Below are positions 27,706 to 40,800 of a DNA stretch of 64,000 nt, piece after piece. The notes beneath the pieces are model-generated. The model was not told the DNA's origin and did not search any database. It worked only from the letters and a program-made list of their open reading frames with translations. The stretch comes from Paramecium tetraurelia. Lineage: Eukaryota. The position numbers were made by a program, and so were the translations under genes. The first letter of the stretch is position 1, and the number at the start of each line of letters is the position of its first letter. The stretch lies in NCBI GenBank assembly GCA_000165425.1, contig CT868241.1:372001-436000 (forward strand). Direction: 5' to 3'.

Positions 27706-28670
27706 TAAAATAATATATCAAATATATTCACAAAGAAAACTACCTAAGGTGATCTTGTGTGTCTATCTACTCAGAACCTGATAATTGAAAACTTTTACAA
27801 ATCAAGGAGGAACAGCATTCTTATGCTAAATCATCGTGAAATTAAGCAGAATTTGTATTAGTTACACATAAAGATATTATGTTTTACAAAATTCATTAAT
27901 TAATGTTGAAATATGTGATTCATTCTTAGAAAATCAGTTTATAAGACATATCATTTTAGTTCACATTTTTTTATTGTACTTTATTGTAATGTCTATTTAT
28001 TATTGATAATAATTTAAAAGTATTAAATCGCAAACATTTCTCTATTGATTTTGGCTTATGCTTAGAGGGGATATGTGAGAATAATTGAGATATGGAGAAA
28101 CATAAGTTCTGCTCGTAAAGTAATTTTTGGTTATGACCTCAAGAATTATTAGTGTAATTATTTAGGTGTTAGTATAAGAGTAGGGAGGATATAAGCAATA
28201 ATGAAGAAGAGCAGTTATAAATCACTATCAACATTCAACAATAATGTCAGATTTACAATTTAATGAGAACCTTTTATTTTTTATAGATTATGATTGTCAT
28301 AAAAATTAGAAAAAATCTTAAATATTGAAAAGAAAATACAGAGCTTAATCAAAGATTTAGGAATATTGATTAAGGAAGGTCAAGGGAATCAGAATATATT
28401 TTAGAAAAGTTGCAGGAGATAACTAAGTCTGAGTAACATCCAATCCAGTGAATATGGGAATGCTTGAAGATCTTTAAATACTCACATATTAGCAGTTGAT
28501 TTTATTGAAAACACATTTGAATTTATTATATATAAATAAAGTGAGAATACGAAATATTCTAATTATTTATTTTCTACTGTTAGCAAATAATTTTGAATAT
28601 ACATCACGGATACACTTCTTAATATTGCTACTTGCCTATGCATTAAAAATTTATATTACTAATTAATTAA

Positions 28671-30331
28671 ATGTAATTTGATGTTCAAATTAACTAACCT
28701 GTCGAAGATAGGAAACTAACTCTCGTTAACGAATAAGAATTTGAAAATAATTAGAAGTAGCATGCCATCAAAGTGCTTCCATTAACAAAACGACAATTGA
28801 ATAATAAAAAATTCAAGCGAACGACCACTATCATAGATGATGATGACCACGCTATCAAAGGGCCATTTGAGGATAGTAGAGTGACGAGAATGACCTTTGA
28901 AAAATGCAGACTTATAGAATTGACTAGATTTTGGCTAATAGTCGCAAGTGCAATTCTTAATATTTTAGAAGTATAATTATTTTGAATTAGTATGAATATA
29001 GCTTTTCAACTTATTTAACTAGAAATATGGAGAATGAATTGACTATTCTGCTCTATCTAATATTTTCGATGACAATAATAATAATATTTTTAACTATTAT
29101 CTCTTATTAAATAGATTTGGAATATCGAAAGAGCTCAAGAACAATCTCTCAAAAAGCTTCATTAATGCAAACCAACCTTATTTGGGGTCTATTGGTCGAG
29201 TTAATAATAATTATACCAACATCCAACCCATTTACAAGAGATTAGTATGTGGTTTTTAGTCAAAGAGGGTCCTCTGAAATCAGATTCTACACAATCAACG
29301 AAATCTTTACTTACATAATGTTTTTCCGACTGTATTTGCTACTCAACATAGGCTTCAAATTTTAAACTTATTATTCAAACAGGATTGGAAGAGTTTGGTA
29401 ATATATTGAATTATTTTAATTAAAGTCGTTTGTATCAAACTCGTTTTGGAACTCATTTGATGTTGAAGCTATGTATTAGATAATTTCCATTTTCTACTTT
29501 GAGTTGGTTATTTATAGTCGGTTTAATCTAATATACTTACTAGTTGGAAATAGCTGAGAGACCCCTTTTAAGAACATTCGACGTTATAAATACTTATAAC
29601 ATTTCGAAAAGTTTGTGGGTTACAATGATTACTATAGCAACTGTAGGGTATGGGGATTTCTTCCCTTACACAGATTTAGGAAGAATTTCAATGACTTTGG
29701 GATTGTTTTATGGTGTTACTATAACTTCTCTATTTACTGCCATTTTGTATAATATGCTTTAGCCTATTGCTGGGGAAAATAAATCGTGGGCTTTATTGGA
29801 TAAAGCTTCTATTAAAAAGAGAATGAAATAAGCAAGTTCTAATATATTTTTTTATTTTTATTAATTAAAAAATAAGTAGAAGGTTGCAAAACGGCTGGAA
29901 GTTAAAGAAAATCTTAATAACATCGTTTTCAATTTGGAAGGCCATTTGTCTGATGTAGGAATAATGAGAAGGTAATTTTCTATAGAATTAATTTTAGAAT
30001 GTACAGAGATGTAGATGGCGAGGAATTTATGGAAATGGTGAATAGGAAATTTGGTGATTCAAATCATAGTTTTAAGGATTTAATATTATATCTATAAAAA
30101 ATGATGGAATAACATAAATTAATTCTCAATAATTTAGAAAAAAATTAGGATCTGTAATCCTTTAAACTTAAATCGTCCCAAGCTAAAAACTTATAGAATG
30201 GCTAATTTAGCTCTCCTTAAAGTTACCAATACAATTTAAACACAGAAGAGAAACTTAGCAAAGACGACAATTTCTTTGAAAATTTAGAGGAATCAAATAG
30301 AGATTCTTGTCTAATGAGCTTTCATGATTGA
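28671..30331 (+). CDS. SK/KCNN-like Ca2+-activated K+ channel, copy 1
   Basis: 6-TM layout, LEIAERP, pore TIATVGYGD, S4 with a single Arg (MFFRLYLL), post-S6 helix ENKSWALLDKASIKKRMKQAS. Confidence 0.88.
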
Positions 30332-30359
30332 TAAAATTATTGATAGTTAAAATTATATT

Positions 30360-32006
30360 ATGAATATATAAAATTAAGGCTCCGTAGAGTTGTCTGGCAA
30401 TCAAGTTTCAAGGGCTGGTGAAGATGAAGCAGTAATATATTAGAAGAAACTCTCTATTATCATCTTGAATCAAATCGAACGAAAAAGAACAAAGGCAAAA
30501 TCTACAATCATCCAAAGCTCAAATCATAATCCCTTTGAGGATAGCCGAGTGACGAGAGTCTATTTTGAAAGATACAGAGTTTTAGAATAAGGGAGATTTT
30601 GGATTATTTGTGCTACTCTGGTCCTAGTTGTGTTAGAGGTGTAATTTATGATAAATAATTTTAGTATGAAGCTTCTTTTTTGCATCAATTAACAGACACA
30701 TACGATGAAGAAATTAAAATATTGCTTTATTTAATAATGATCTTATCTATTGTTACAAGTAATTTGGTAATTTAATTAGTTATTATGACATTTATTGCTT
30801 ATTTGGCAGAACTTGAATTTAAAAAACGTTCTCTCTCAATTCCAAAAGCCAGCTCCATATTTTAAACTAATTTAATTTTCCTTTTGATTTTGGAAACTAT
30901 CATCCTATTGCCTTGTCCCACACCCTATACTATGCATTACAAGGTGTTCTTTACGTAGAGATATTCTGACCAAACCAGATTTTATTTCGTAAATGAAATC
31001 TTTACTTTCATAATGCTCTTTAGATCCTTATTGATTCTCAACATGGCATTTAAGTTCCAAGATTTCTATTCAAATAGAGTCAATAGATTGTGGTATATAT
31101 CTTTTCAAATTTAGTCGTATATATTCAGTAGATTTTGGTCCTCATTTCATATTTAAGGTTGCTATTAGATAACATCCTTACAAGACTCTTTGTGGACTCT
31201 TTTGTATTGGATTATTCATTTTCTCTTATCAATTAGAGATTTCAGAGAGATCATTATTAAGAACAGAACAAGAAGTTAATAATTATCACTTAAATCATTC
31301 TTTTTGGATTAACATGATAACAATATTTACAGTCGGTTATGGCGATATGTACCCATTAACAGATCTTGGAAGGTTTTCAATGACTTTAGGTTTATTTTAT
31401 GGTGTAGCATTAACTTCTTTGTTTACGGCTATTCTTTATGCTGACTTATTACCTTTCTCTTCAGAAATGCGCTCGATAACACTATTAGATAAAGCCAATT
31501 TAAAAATTTCAATAAAGTAATTTGCTCAAAAGGCTATGCTAAATCTACTTAAACTGCAAAAATACTTTTAAAGAAACAAATAAAAATAGATTTAAAGCAA
31601 TCCAGCCGTTAGATAAAGAGTCTCTCACATAAAAGGTATATTATAAAAAACCGATAATTTGAGAAGGTAATAATGTATTGTTATAAAAATCAGAAACTAC
31701 AGAACTATCGACACTGAAGATCTAATTACTATGGCTGACAGAAGGTTTTAAGAAATGACTCATTTTTTCTAGGAGTACTATGGCATGCTTCAAGAGATGT
31801 AATAATAACAAGAGTAATTGGATGATTTGGATACACAAAGACTTCTTTCTATTGAGAGGAGTCACTCAGTGACCTCGGCAAGTGGATAATTAAGGAGCAA
31901 GGATGACTAATATTTTGAAGAACTCATTGATTCTTAATCAGAAAACCCATAGTTAATGCAGTTCAATGATGAAGATTGACAAAATACGAGTTTAATTTCG
32001 TAATGA
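30360..32006 (+). CDS. SK/KCNN-like Ca2+-activated K+ channel, copy 2
   Basis: Pore TIFTVGYGD; shares PFEDSRVTR, TDLGR.SMTLGLFYGV and several intron positions with copy 1. Confidence 0.88.
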
Positions 32007-32038
32007 ACATAGAGTTTATTTTTTCTATTTATATATAA

Positions 32039-32563
32039 TCAAATAATCCCACCCTATCCAAGCAAAATTTCTAAGGAATTTTATAATTATAGCATTTTGA
32101 TATGAGCCTCTTTATCCTATTTATCTCTCAATTGCAACACTAATCTTTTGGTCTTTGCTTATTCCTATACACAAATTGAACAATTCATGAACTTTATATT
32201 GTAGACCTGTTCACTATACTCTTCAATTCTAATTAATTTGAATCCCACTCTCTCGAGTAAGCTGGAACAATCTTCAGGAATATTTTCTTCATAATTTATT
32301 AAATCAATATTTGTGTCCATATATTTTTCCAATAATAAGTGCTCACATGATCTAATTCAGTTATTTATATACAAGTTAGTGTTATTTTGAATTCTCAAAG
32401 TAATTTAATTGTTGTTCAATGTATTACCCTCTCTTCTAAACACTTTCTCCACAACCTCATTCTTTTTAAAATTGACTTATTATCCCAATTTTTTTTATAG
32501 ATAATTCAGAATTTCTGAGTGATCCTTTAGTGGAGCATTGTACTCTTTTTTTACTTGAAGCAT
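32039..32563 (-). CDS. 167-aa protein, possibly Med18/CYTH-like
   Basis: One 21-nt intron; contains LRIQ, CSSLLERVGFKLIRIEE and a C-terminal strand-helix LVLQL...HIKMLQLQNSLEILL. Confidence 0.6.
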
Positions 32564-32773
32564 TATGATTAATCAAATTATAAATAATATATAAAAAAAT
32601 TATATTTGAAATGCAAAACTCTTCAAATTAACGATTCTAGCATATATCATTGAAAAAATTTGGTTAACTAGATGTGAAAAAATAGAGTTCATCCAGGGTC
32701 AATATTAATCGTATCTAATTTTTTTTTAGGGAATTTGATATATTTATATTCAATATTTATTAATTTAGGAACG

Positions 32774-35700
32774 ATGAAATATTTTTCTAAACTAGTATAT
32801 TTCTTTTTAACAATTGGCTCAAATACTGAGAGAAGAAAATCCAAAATAGATTATGGAAATCTTGCCATGATAGTATTTTATTTTATTTAATTGCTTGGAT
32901 ATCTATATAGTTAATTTGAAAGTAAGACCCAAGTGTTTTATGAAAATGATTATTTAGCGCAAATTGGTTAATACTCATCAATACCCTTTCTGATGATTGT
33001 TATTCATTATGATCCTTTTACAACCTTAGTTTATTACTGTATATTCGGAACAATGTGTTCGATATATGGAATAGTAATATTTCAGGTCCTTTTCAAAGTA
33101 AATAAGTACTTAATATCTAGCCCCTACCTCCATCTAATCTAATAAATAGATTTATCAAGTTTTACTTTTAGAACTTTTAATGGTATTTTTTAACACCCTT
33201 CCATGAAGCCATGATTGGCATTCTAACTTGCGGACGTCTAGCATATCTGGCACAACATACTAATTTAAACCCTCGCAACTGCTTTGCAGAAATATCTCCC
33301 CATTTTTTAGCCATAAGTATTCTAGGACAGATTCTAGTTGTCATCTCAGGATTCCTATCTCTATATTGCTTTAGAAACTATGAATTTATATAAGGGGATC
33401 TTATGAGAAAATTTAGCTATTTCAATTTTTTAACCATTTTACTGCATATGGTTTTGCAAATGACTTCCTTTTGGAAAGAAATGTATGATAACTACAATTT
33501 CATAATACATTTGATTTTTAATTTGATAATGATTGTGATATCATTAGATACGTTCATCAAATTCCCCTTCGGTTTTTCTTATGAAACTGTGTATTTTAGC
33601 AAGTGTTTGGTTAGTTCTTCATTTTTTGAAATTTTGGTTGCAATTTGGATTTTCTCTGATTTAGATGATGGCCATATATTTTTATCCTTTTGCATAATGT
33701 TACCTGTAAGAATAAAAGTTATTTTAGCTAATATTTGGAATTAATTAGACTTTGTATGATAATTATTTTGATAATAAATGTTAATAGTTCGTTAAGTCTA
33801 GACTTGAGAAGATAAGTGAGCATCCCTTAGAAGTTATTTGTTAATTATGCCATTCAGATATAAACTAGCAAGATGATTATATTAAGGTTCTGAAATATTT
33901 AGGAATACATTGCTAAAATTGCTCTGATTTGATCTGTCCTTGCAAATAAAAAATTAATAAATTTATATTTAATCAAAATTAGCTAAATACCAATCAAATA
34001 TACTTATGGGTTCAGTATGAATTTCAACAAATGATCAAATCTATTATGTAAAATCCAGATTTATTCAAATCATTCGAATAATTAACAATTAAATTTGTTA
34101 CATTTCTCTAGAAATATAGAGAAAATTAAGTGTTATCTTACAAAATAATTCAAGATGTGATTTACACCTTTTAGAAAATGAATATTGGTAGAACACCATA
34201 TTTTTTTTTAAATCTGGCTAAATATATACAATACTAAAATAAATTTGACATGTAAAATATAAATAAAGCGTAAGCTTAAATATCACAAAATGAATATTTG
34301 ACATTACAAGAGTTTAATCTTTTTTATAGATATGAGCAAAGTTTGGTTAGAAATTTAAATGAATTGTTAATAAAACAAAAATAGTTGTGGCTTGAAAAAC
34401 TAAGAAGCTAAATCTAAATGGAAAAGATTTTGGCTTGTTCTAAGGAAATTATGAAAAAAACATTAAACGTAAAGAAAATAATTAAAACTTTTGAGAATTC
34501 AAAAGACATCCATAATAATGACTCTCTCTTAACTTTAAGAATAAAATTAGTCAGTAGCCTGGTTTGCATGGAAGATATCAATGTTTCAATTAAAATAGCA
34601 AGGCATATAGAAAGCTATGAAAAGGACCTCATTAATTAAAAACAATAAAATTTTAATTCAATATAATTTATATAAGGGTAAGCATTGTCAGTAATTTCAA
34701 ATATATCTACTCAAACATTGGGTTGTATATCTCAATAAGTAAATGATTAATTTTGCAATTTTTTTGGATATGAGAGCAATTATGGGGCATCACTTACGAA
34801 AATAGAGTAATTATTGCCAAGTAAATTGGGCAAGATACATAATGGATTGATTGAATCCTATCTATAATAGGGCAAGTCGACCAGGTTGTATTAAAATTCA
34901 GAGTAATTTATCATAAATTCTGATAATCTAATTGAAAGAGTAAATATTTGTCTGAGTACTCTCTTCCCTTATTAAAATGGTTAGTATCAATTTTTAATAA
35001 TTGGTCATTTATTAAAAATGATAAAATATGAAAAAAAAGAACTAGATTATAATAAAAGGGGATACATATTAGTAGATTCTAATTTCCTTATTTTTGGATT
35101 ATCTCGAAATGTATATGAAAGAATCAATTATCAATACTACTATAAAAATGAAAGAGACACAGAATTAATATTGCCTGAATAAATATATGATTAATTGAAC
35201 ATTTAGAGCATAATTCCTCATTTATCTTTGGTATTGGAAGAGTATTATAAATTGTTGGCATTAAGAAATGAAAAGAAAATATTGAGATAAGATTAAATTT
35301 GTCAAAGGGAAATAGGAGTATTTTAGGCTCCATCTGCTGGTAGTTCACAATTCAAGACAGGTTCAACTGTTTTGACAAAAAAGTTTACAAATAAAAATAT
35401 GATGAACATTCTAAAAAATGTAAATTCAAGTTTGAATAGATTACCTACAATGTCCAATAAACAATATCCTATAGAATACAGTGTAATATAAAAGGTGTTA
35501 AATTATGTAGAAAAAGACGCCACATGCGAGTTCTTATATTTTATTATCGAACTTGATTTCTTAGAAGATCCAAAATTGAGTGCTTCTCCAAATTAGGTAA
35601 TTGCTCGAACTCCAGCACTCTCCGAAATATTGAGACGGCAGCAAATCAATATTGAATAGATTAGACATAACTAGAGCAATATAATATTATCAAATGATGA

Positions 35701-37762
35701 TAATAATAATGATTAGATGGAATTAGTAGCAGAGGTAACAAATACAGGAACAAGAAGAAGTTCCAATGAAATAATAGATCAATTAGAAAAAATCATCATC
35801 TATATTAATGATACTGTATTGCCAAAATCAATCAAAGATTTTATCGCACAATTAATAATACAGATTCTTTTATTTATTGCTATTATTGTAATTATTTGTA
35901 GTCTTTTCAAGTATAAGAGGTCTATTCAATCAGATTGCATCGAATAAATCACTTATGATTTAAACTTCTTAGATGCCTACAGTGAAACAATGTCAGGATC
36001 TCGTCATGTCATATACTACAGAGATTTCTATCATTTATAGAATGACACTCTCATTCATTTTAGTCTTAATGAAATCAATTTTAGCAGATATGATAAGATA
36101 TATGTGGCATGGCAACATATATCTAAAGGAAATATCAGATTAAATAATATGTATGAGAGTTACACTTAAATAGCTTAAAAGAGCCAAATTCAACTCTTGA
36201 CTATTTACTTTATAAACTTTGATTTAAAATCTAAAATTTAATAAGAAGTCTAAGATTACTCAACCTATTATCAAATAATGCATTAAACTTTCTATCTTTA
36301 ATATCAATCGTTTTCCTCTTCTCCTTAAACCTACTTATCTGGTAGAAGTGACTCTTACTTAACTTAATTGGCAAGATCTCAAGTTTATTACAATTTCTTT
36401 GATGTAATTGAAAGTGCAAATTAGACTCTATAAGTCTGTGAATCCTAGAATCAAGACATTAATAATTATTTTGATAAGGTCATACTTTATTACTTCTTGG
36501 GAATGTATAGTGTCATCATTTTAGTATTGATTTCCATTATAATCCATTACTATAGGGTTTTGAACTCAATCAAAATTTATATTAAGCTGTTCAAAATGTG
36601 TGATAAGGAGGATTGTTAACATATAATTCATTTATGTGAATCCTTAATAAGCATGGTCAATTACGATAAAATCTTTTTGAGACAATAAGACTTTAAAATA
36701 CTTCTGGCGTAACCTCGCCATACCTTAGATAATGTTAAAAAATCTTAATCTAAGACAACATTAGTATTGATTAGAAAGAAGAGGAATAAAGAAAGTCTAT
36801 TAAAAACCGGCTAAAAAAATTTCAGCTATTATTCTATCATTATGTTTATTTTAATTTCAATAGGCCTAATCATTTACATATTGTCATTTCAATTATTCTA
36901 CAACCATATTAAAGACTCGATAGCTCCAATAACCAAATAAGCTATCTTAGCACAAGAATCCAGACTAAATTTTATTGCCTCAGTAAATCGCTTTGATTTA
37001 TACCTTATTAAGATATACTTTGAAACCTATTCAAAACTTAATAAAATAGATAGAGATTATGAATACACTACTTTAAACATTTAAACTGATACACAAATCT
37101 TATAATTATTAAGTATTGAATAAGAAACTTTGAAACAGGACTTGAATAGACTGAAGAGTATCAATTTTGTAAATTTAATCTTCGACAATGATCAAACTAA
37201 TTCTTAATTGAATAGTGATCAATAGGATTCAATTTTGAAGAGTGATATTTGTATCTTTACTGGGTGTGATATGCAAACAGAACTTTTCTTCGATAGATTA
37301 TATTAGACTGATTTGATTCCTCTTTTTTACACGGGTGTTTTGAATTTGCATAACAAAGTTTTAGGTTTTATACAGGAAGCATTTTAATTGATCTCAGAGG
37401 ACTTGAGCGATTTGGAATTAATTCAAAATTTAGAAAACATTTTTGATGACAGTGACTATCTTATTTATATGCATTGGGGTTTAGATGTTATCCAATTCTA
37501 AATATCCTAATTTAGTTAATATTTCTTAGATATATCAAAATAAACTATAGATAGTCTTACTTAAAACAATCAATTATTAATAGTTTCAATCGGAACTCTT
37601 TTACTGATTTTAATTTCAACTTTTTCAATAATGCTTGTCGACCTGTAGTATAAAAGATATGTTCAATCAAAAGCAATTATAAAATGCATTCCACTTCCAA
37701 TACTTTTTTAGAAGAATATCCCGAAACATCTGGAAAGCTTTCGAAGAAAATATGAACAGTGA
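32774..37762 (+). CDS. large multi-TM PAS-domain protein (TmcB-like), paralogue B
   Basis: N-terminus very similar to paralogue A (MKYFSKLVYFFLTIGSNTERR), IHCQNCSDLICPC, IEQLLPSKLGKIHNGLIE, SGSRH. Confidence 0.8.
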
Positions 37763-37884
37763 TTTAATTATTTACATTATTATAAATTTCTTTTTCTTTT
37801 ATTTTTAATAGTTTATTAAATATATTTCAATTTATGATTTCGAGGATTTTTGAATATTTATTAAGGATTTCGTTAACAGATAAT

Positions 37885-40800
37885 ATGAAAAAAGAAATAA
37901 TCTTTGAGTTTCCAGAAAAAATAATTTTATGGTTATATTTTTGTTAGCTGAATGGATTTTTGATTAATGGAGTGGAGAAGAATTTTACAATTTAATAAGA
38001 GAATTAATATTTATTCACGATTCTTGATTATGCTAACTTTATAAAGCCTCTAAGTGAATTTTTAAATTTGGAGAATATGGCTGTGCTTTTGATTGTGCAA
38101 TTAATAATTTTGTATGCTGGAAATTTTACACTAATGTTGTTGAAATAGGTAAAAATATCAATTTGTTATTAGAAAGTTAAAGTAGTTTGTAATTACTTTA
38201 TTTTATTTAATTGGATAATGGTCTCTCCATTTTAAACTGTGTTTGCCATGGTTTCAAGAAAAAATGAATTTATTCACAATTCAATTTCGGATTTAAATGC
38301 TAATAAATAGATTTTTTTCTTAATTATTTCTATATTTGGAACAATAATAATAACTACCACTTCTTTATTATCAAATTTTATTTTCTAAAAGAGAGAAATT
38401 AATTAGGGAATGCTTCTTAAATACAATTTTAAGCTTAATTACTTTATAGGCCCTTTAACTTAGCTCTTTATAATTATGACATATTTATTGTAAGATTAGT
38501 CATTGCAAATTATAACTCATATTTAACATTTAATACTTATGTTTATTCATTTAATAATAGCATTATAATTTCCTTTTGGACTTACTTCAACATCACTTCA
38601 GTATAATTAATTGATCATACTCAGTATCTCCTTTAATTTTCTCATCTTTATTTGGCAATACTTTAGTCATAACGATTAATTCATCTTTTTGTCTTTTTTT
38701 ATAATCGGAATGGTAATTATGATATATTAAATATGTAGTTATTATGGTATTCTGTTGATTTAATATTCTAAAGAAGAATCGATAAGATAATACATAACTT
38801 TTGTAAAAAAAGAGACACTTCCCATTTAGCTGAAGTGTTAGAATATTTCATCTAAACTCATTCATATACTTTGAAACACTTACTTCAGTTGAATGTTCAT
38901 AGAGTTCATTGTTAAGATCTGCTTTGTCCTTGTCAAGATTGTCAGTTGTTAGTAATTGATAATATTTCGATAGTTCAATTAGTAAAGAAGCAATAAAGGA
39001 AAAAGAAGTTTTTTATTTAAAAGTGGATTATGCATTAATACAAAACATATTTATTAAAAACAGAACTAACAAAAAAATAGTAAAATTTACTAATTTTGAA
39101 TTATTTATCTTTCTAAAGAATCTTCTTGGAAAATTACGTTTTGATTTGTAAAACCATTTACTAATGTATTGAATAAACAGAAAAAGTAAAAACGGAGATG
39201 TACAATGTTACTCAAACTTTATTATATGTGATTCAATAAAATTGCAAATAACAATTAATTATGCAAACGTTGTAATAAGTAAAAATAACTTAATAAGAAT
39301 TCATTATTATTACTGATATTAATATAATGTATGAATTAGCAGATAAGATTATTCTCCATTTATCTAAAGTAATCCAAAACTAAATTTAATTGTGGGAAAA
39401 ATACTTAAGAAATGAGATAAAAAATTTCGATTAACTTTTGGAAATCATTAATTCAATCAAAGAATAAAAATAGAAATGCCAAGATCTGTTTGAATTATAC
39501 TAAAACTTCAGAAATTAAACTAAAGAGAACATTTATTCTTTGAGAGTAAAATTATTATTTTACATTATCATATAGTAAGATTTAATCTAAATGACTAAAA
39601 TTTAATCTTAATTAATGTAGTTAGAAGATGCATAACAATTTGATTTAAACTTAAATGACTTTAACAATCTGTCTTTTTTAACTGGTCAAGCTTTGTCTAT
39701 AATATCAAACATTAGTTCGGAGAATCAAGGAAAATTGGAGCAATAAATAACTAAAGAATTTAATTAATTTTTTGGATATAATAAAGACGAAAAAAAATTG
39801 ACTCATATCAAACAATTAATGCCATCCAAATTTGCAGAGGTTCATTCTGGATTAGTTGAAAATTTCTTTTTTAAAGGATAAAGTGATAGGATTAATAATG
39901 CTTCTGTAGCATTTATTTTAAATTCAAAAAATTTAATTGAATAAATCAAACTATGCTTAAGCTATTTTTTCCCTGTTAACTTAAGAGATACATCTTTTTA
40001 CATGATTGCACATGTTTAGAAAACATCAAAATAAGAGTAAGGCATACATGATGAAAATTTAACAGGTTATTTCCTAATTGATAAAGAATTTAATATTTTT
40101 GGAATGACTCAAAACATTTATGAGAAATTAAATTACAGATATTATTTTAAGAATGATGCAAATGCGAATTTAATGCCTCCTTAACAATTTTATGATGATC
40201 ACAATATTTTCTCATTGATACCATCATTTTAATAGAAATTGTAAAATTATTATGAAAGATAACCAAATGAAACTTTGAGAGATAATGATGTAATTTTAAT
40301 TAAGGAGAGAGGTTTGCTAAAATTAGATTTTCAAAAGTAGGAATAGGAACCCTCTGCTTCAAAATAATTTAATACTAAATTTTCATTTGCTAAATTTACA
40401 AATAAGCACATTTTAAATTAAATGCTTGACAAAAGTACTGAACTATTTTAGAATTCTGAAAATATTAAATATTTCCCCATCGAATATACTGTTACTTAGA
40501 AAATCTTACATGCTTATAACGTAAATAATAAAATAGATCCATTTTTATATTATTTGATTGAAATTGAGATGTTAGAGGATTTTAAAAAGATATCAGAATT
40601 AAATATTAGTACCAATAAATTTTTGAAAGCTAATAATAATAAGAAGCAATAATCATCTTAACAATTAGAAACGTAAAGATAAACTACTGCTTAATTGCTT
40701 TAGTTTGAATCTATAAACTTTATAACAAGTGATCATCTGATCTCATAAAATGGTGATAAAAAAGCCTTTTTAAAAGAATCCCCTTTAGAAAAATAATAAT

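Noticed and set aside
27710..28670. Long intergenic region with purine-rich patches (similar at 2400-3100, 7650-8230, 44130-44948, 57150-57880)
   Set aside because: No sustained ORF, RNA structure or terminal repeats that I could support
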